20,000 nucleotides of DNA, from contig JBMNHG010000002.1 in the NCBI GenBank assembly GCA_050950285.1, forward strand, positions 484,654 through 504,653, read 5' to 3'. The notes beneath the pieces were generated by a model. It did not search any database. It saw only the letters and a program-made list of their open reading frames with translations, and had not been told where the DNA came from. Shown piece by piece: positions 17,532-20,000 of this stretch. Source of the DNA: Kiritimatiellia bacterium (GTDB lineage Bacteria; Verrucomicrobiota; Kiritimatiellia; RFP12; JBMNHG01). Positions within the stretch are counted from its first letter, which is position 1. Each line of letters opens with the position of its first letter. The translations under genes and the position numbers were made by a program.

Positions 17532-17561
17532 AGTATACCAGGCGCGCCGGAAGGTCTTCAA
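17532..17561 (-). promoter_or_regulatory. Sigma70-like extended -10 promoter for purL-thiD-peptidase
   Basis: Minus strand TTGAAG (17561-17556), 18 bp, TGn-TATACT (17537-17532). Confidence 0.6.
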
Positions 17562-17574
17562 TCCCGTCGGCCGG

Positions 17575-19623
17575 TCAGGGTGCGATTTCGACGGCGTGCG
17601 GCGTGGCCGTCGTGGGGATGGACGCGCGGACGGCGCCGGTGGCGGCGTCGTAGGCGAAGTCCGCCGGGAGGCCGTCGACCGTCAGGCGCGAAGGCTTCGC
17701 GGCGGCCCAGACGAGCAGGTCTCCGCCGTCGCGCAGGCCGAAGCGAAGGACGCCGTCGGGGCCGACCTGCTTGTCCAGCACGGCGCCGGCGGAATTGAAC
17801 TTGTCCGCGAGGCCGATGGGGGCGAAGCCGCCTTCGACGGGTACGAAGCTGAAGAGCTCGAAGCCGAGCGGCGGCAGCTGGAAGGGAACCGTATCGTCGC
17901 GCCCCGTCCGGGCGAGGGTGCCGGCGTTGTGGGCGTACACGGCGAAATCGTCGCCTTCCAGCTCCTCCACATCCGCGGCGCAGGTGGTGCCGGAGGCGGG
18001 GCGGCGGCCGGCCTCGTCCTTGGCGTAGCGGGTGTGGAAGACGCCGACGATGCCGGCGCGGTCGTTCCGGTTGAAAATCTTGAAGGGGATGTCGTTCTCC
18101 AGCGTGTCCACGAAGAGACAGTCGCGGGTGGGGCGGCCGGCATCGCGGGCCCGGAGGATGGTGCCGTCGGAGCAGACGAGCTTGCGAAGCAGGGCGAAGT
18201 CGTGGCCGTCGGGCTTGTCCGAGACATACACGGGGCCGCCGCTCACGGCGCGGCCGGCGGCGTGGTAGGCGCCCATCCCGTGTCCCGACTGGAACATGTC
18301 CCAGTCCGGGAAGACGAACTCGCCGAACCAGAGCGAAATCTGGGCGTTGGCCACCAGGTGGAGGCCGTGCGACGCCGGATCGGCGGGCCAGAAATCGGTG
18401 AACGAGCGGGTCACGTTCGAAGCGAGCGTCTGGTAGATGACGTCGGTGGACTGCGACATGCAGTTGATCACGCGGCCTTGGAAGTGGGTGTTGGCCGCGC
18501 CTTCGAGGGCCTCGTGGTATCGGCGCATGAGTTCGACGCGCCCGCCGAGGCCGCGGGAGACGCCCTCGAGCGAGCCTTGGTTGTCCACCTTCACGCCGTC
18601 GACGCCCTGTTCCCGCAGGAAACGGTGGAAGTCGTGGTAGAAGCGGTGGATGTCCTCCGGGGCGACCACGCCGATGATGGGGCCGAAGGCGTTGTCGATG
18701 TCGGGCGTGTGGTGGCGGAGTCCGGGCGAGAACGAGCGCCGCTCGTCCACCACGCGGTACTGCGTGAAAGAGGCGGGGTCGATGCCGCCCCAGTAGCCTT
18801 CGAGGGCGTGCCAGACGATGAAGACAGAGACTCCGAATTCGCCCTTGGCCATGTCCGCCGTGGCACGGAGGCCGCCGGGGAACTTGTCGTTGGCCTCGAA
18901 GCCGGTGAGGCGGTTCTCGCCGGTGGCGGGGTTCTTTTCCATCGAGAGCCAGCCGTCGTCGAGGATGAGGAGGCGTGGGGGAACGCCGCCCCGGGCGAAA
19001 CTTTCGAGTCCGGCCCGCACCTTGTCGTGGGAGACGTCGCCGTAGAAGGCGTCCCACGTGCACCAGCCAAAGTAGTCGACAAAATCGGGGACGGGCTTTT
19101 CGGAGCGGAGGCGGCCGCGATCCATGAAGTCGCGGATGCTGGTTGCGGAGGCGCGGACGAGGGCGTAGGGATCCTGGCCGACCGCCACGAAAAGCCCCTT
19201 TGCGGAGGCCGTCGCAATGGCGGGGTCGCCGCTTTCCGCCACGAGATGGAGCACGCCTTGGACGTCCCCTTCCATGGCGCAGTGGAAGGCGCCGTCGAGA
19301 AGCGGGAAGAAGGCGGCGCAGCGCCCGTCGGAGAGCTCGGCGAGCAGGAACTGCGTCTCGGGGGGGACGTCGGCCGCCGAGGTGCCGAACCGCGGCTTGT
19401 TCCACCACGGGTCGTAGCGATGGCAGAGGACGAAACGCTTCAACGCGGGGAAACGGCCGATCTCGAAGACGGCGCGATCGGAGGCCTTTTCGGCTTCGAA
19501 ACGGAGGAAGACGCCGGTTCCGCCCGGATCGGAAATCGTTTGGACGGAGGCGGGAACGTCCGAAAGGAGGGTCAGTCCGTCGAAGACGAGGAGGCCGGCG
19601 GCGAGGGAGATGGCGGAGGTCAT
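17575..19623 (-). CDS. Raffinose synthase/Sip1-type alpha-galactosidase (GH36-related)
   Basis: VPPETQFLL, FGWCTWDAFY, LILDDGW, WHALEGYWGG, DGVKVDNQ (nucleophile), INCMS, PDWDMFQS, HAAGRAVSGGPVYVSDKP, GRPTRDCLF. Start set at ATG 19623 because it has CAGGA upstream and lies downstream of the predicted promoter. Confidence 0.92.
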   Translation of the reverse strand: MTSAISLAAGLLVFDGLTLLSDVPASVQTISDPGGTGVFLRFEAEKASDRAVFEIGRFPALKRFVLCHRYDPWWNKPRFGTSAADVPPETQFLLAELSDGRCAAFFPLLDGAFHCAMEGDVQGVLHLVAESGDPAIATASAKGLFVAVGQDPYALVRASATSIRDFMDRGRLRSEKPVPDFVDYFGWCTWDAFYGDVSHDKVRAGLESFARGGVPPRLLILDDGWLSMEKNPATGENRLTGFEANDKFPGGLRATADMAKGEFGVSVFIVWHALEGYWGGIDPASFTQYRVVDERRSFSPGLRHHTPDIDNAFGPIIGVVAPEDIHRFYHDFHRFLREQGVDGVKVDNQGSLEGVSRGLGGRVELMRRYHEALEGAANTHFQGRVINCMSQSTDVIYQTLASNVTRSFTDFWPADPASHGLHLVANAQISLWFGEFVFPDWDMFQSGHGMGAYHAAGRAVSGGPVYVSDKPDGHDFALLRKLVCSDGTILRARDAGRPTRDCLFVDTLENDIPFKIFNRNDRAGIVGVFHTRYAKDEAGRRPASGTTCAADVEELEGDDFAVYAHNAGTLARTGRDDTVPFQLPPLGFELFSFVPVEGGFAPIGLADKFNSAGAVLDKQVGPDGVLRFGLRDGGDLLVWAAAKPSRLTVDGLPADFAYDAATGAVRASIPTTATPHAVEIAP

Positions 19624-19672
19624 GCGGAATTCCTGGGTTGCGTTCGAAATCCTGGGGGAAACACGGTTGTCC

Positions 19673-19701
19673 AGTGTATGCCGAGTCATGGGGCGGAGCA
19701 A
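19673..19701 (-). promoter_or_regulatory. Sigma70-like promoter for the GH36 gene
   Basis: Minus strand TTGCTC (19701-19696), 17 bp, TACACT (19678-19673). Confidence 0.55.
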
Positions 19702-19763
19702 GGTCAAACAGGGCGGGTCCAGCGATTCGCGGGAGCGCCGATTTTGCGCATGTGTGAAACGGA

Positions 19764-19792
19764 TTGCAAGGGGAGGCGCTTTGAGGGATAAT
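19764..19792 (+). promoter_or_regulatory. Sigma70-like promoter for the nucleoside phosphorylase (leaderless position)
   Basis: TTGCAA (19764-19769), 17 bp, GATAAT (19787-19792); 6 nt before ATG 19799. Confidence 0.6.
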
Positions 19793-19798
19793 AGCGAT

Positions 19799-20000
19799 AT
19801 GGATATTTTTGCAGAACAGGTGCGCCGTGCGGAGACCTACAGGGAGGCGATCGAAGCGCTTCCGCCTGAATTCCGCGAGGCGCCGCCCGCCGCCGCGCTC
19901 GTGCTCGGCTCGGGCTGGAGCGAGGCGCTGGAACGGCCGGGCGACCGTCTTCTGGCGCGGGTCCCCTACTCCGCCGTTCCCGGGCTCGGCGCCAGCACCG
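19799..20000 (+). CDS. Purine nucleoside phosphorylase, trimeric PNP/MTAP family (5' part; runs off window)
   Basis: Not in the ORF track. Manual translation: MDIFAEQVRRAETYREAIEALPPEFREAPPAAALVLGSGWSEALERPGDRLLARVPYSAVPGLGAST. VLGSG and PYxxxPGxxxST match the PunA/XapA N-terminus. Confidence 0.75.
   Translation, partial: MDIFAEQVRRAETYREAIEALPPEFREAPPAAALVLGSGWSEALERPGDRLLARVPYSAVPGLGAST

Noticed and set aside
14276..17653. 1125-aa plus-strand ORF, and similar long ORFs (17212..19791, 1382..2614, 3273..4643, 5068..6174)
   Set aside because: These are antisense shadows of well-supported genes, caused by high GC3 and stop-codon scarcity. They contain no recognisable motifs.
1..20000. CRISPR arrays, tRNA/rRNA, IS or prophage genes, retrons or other defence systems
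   Set aside because: No spaced repeats, RNA gene signatures, transposase, integrase, RT or defence-type nuclease motifs were seen. All intergenic gaps are under about 210 bp.

Overview
GC-rich bacterial chromosomal window of mostly housekeeping and carbohydrate genes. The host is Gram-negative (it carries lptCAB); a PVC-group host such as Kiritimatiellia/Lentisphaerae is only my impression. Order: lptB(partial)-lptA-lptC (minus); divergent folC; secreted SASA-family acetylesterase; 3D-domain protein; two tandem Zn-MDR dehydrogenases coupled to murG and a Dus-family flavoenzyme; convergent, overlapping rnd; folD; a minus-strand run of a Sip1/raffinose-synthase-like GH36, large-type purL, thiD, an M24 Xaa-Pro peptidase and a 64-aa GT4 glycosyltransferase fragment; and the start of a purine nucleoside phosphorylase. 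I see no mobile elements, RNA genes, CRISPR arrays or defence systems, and no clear-cut novel multi-gene system. The best leads are: (i) a divergent MDR pair (one with the structural Zn and NAD signature, one without either) coupled to an isolated murG; (ii) a GT4 fragment hidden in a shadow ORF; (iii) several sigma70-like promoters placed for leaderless or near-leaderless translation; (iv) a plant-like GH36; (v) candidate operators.
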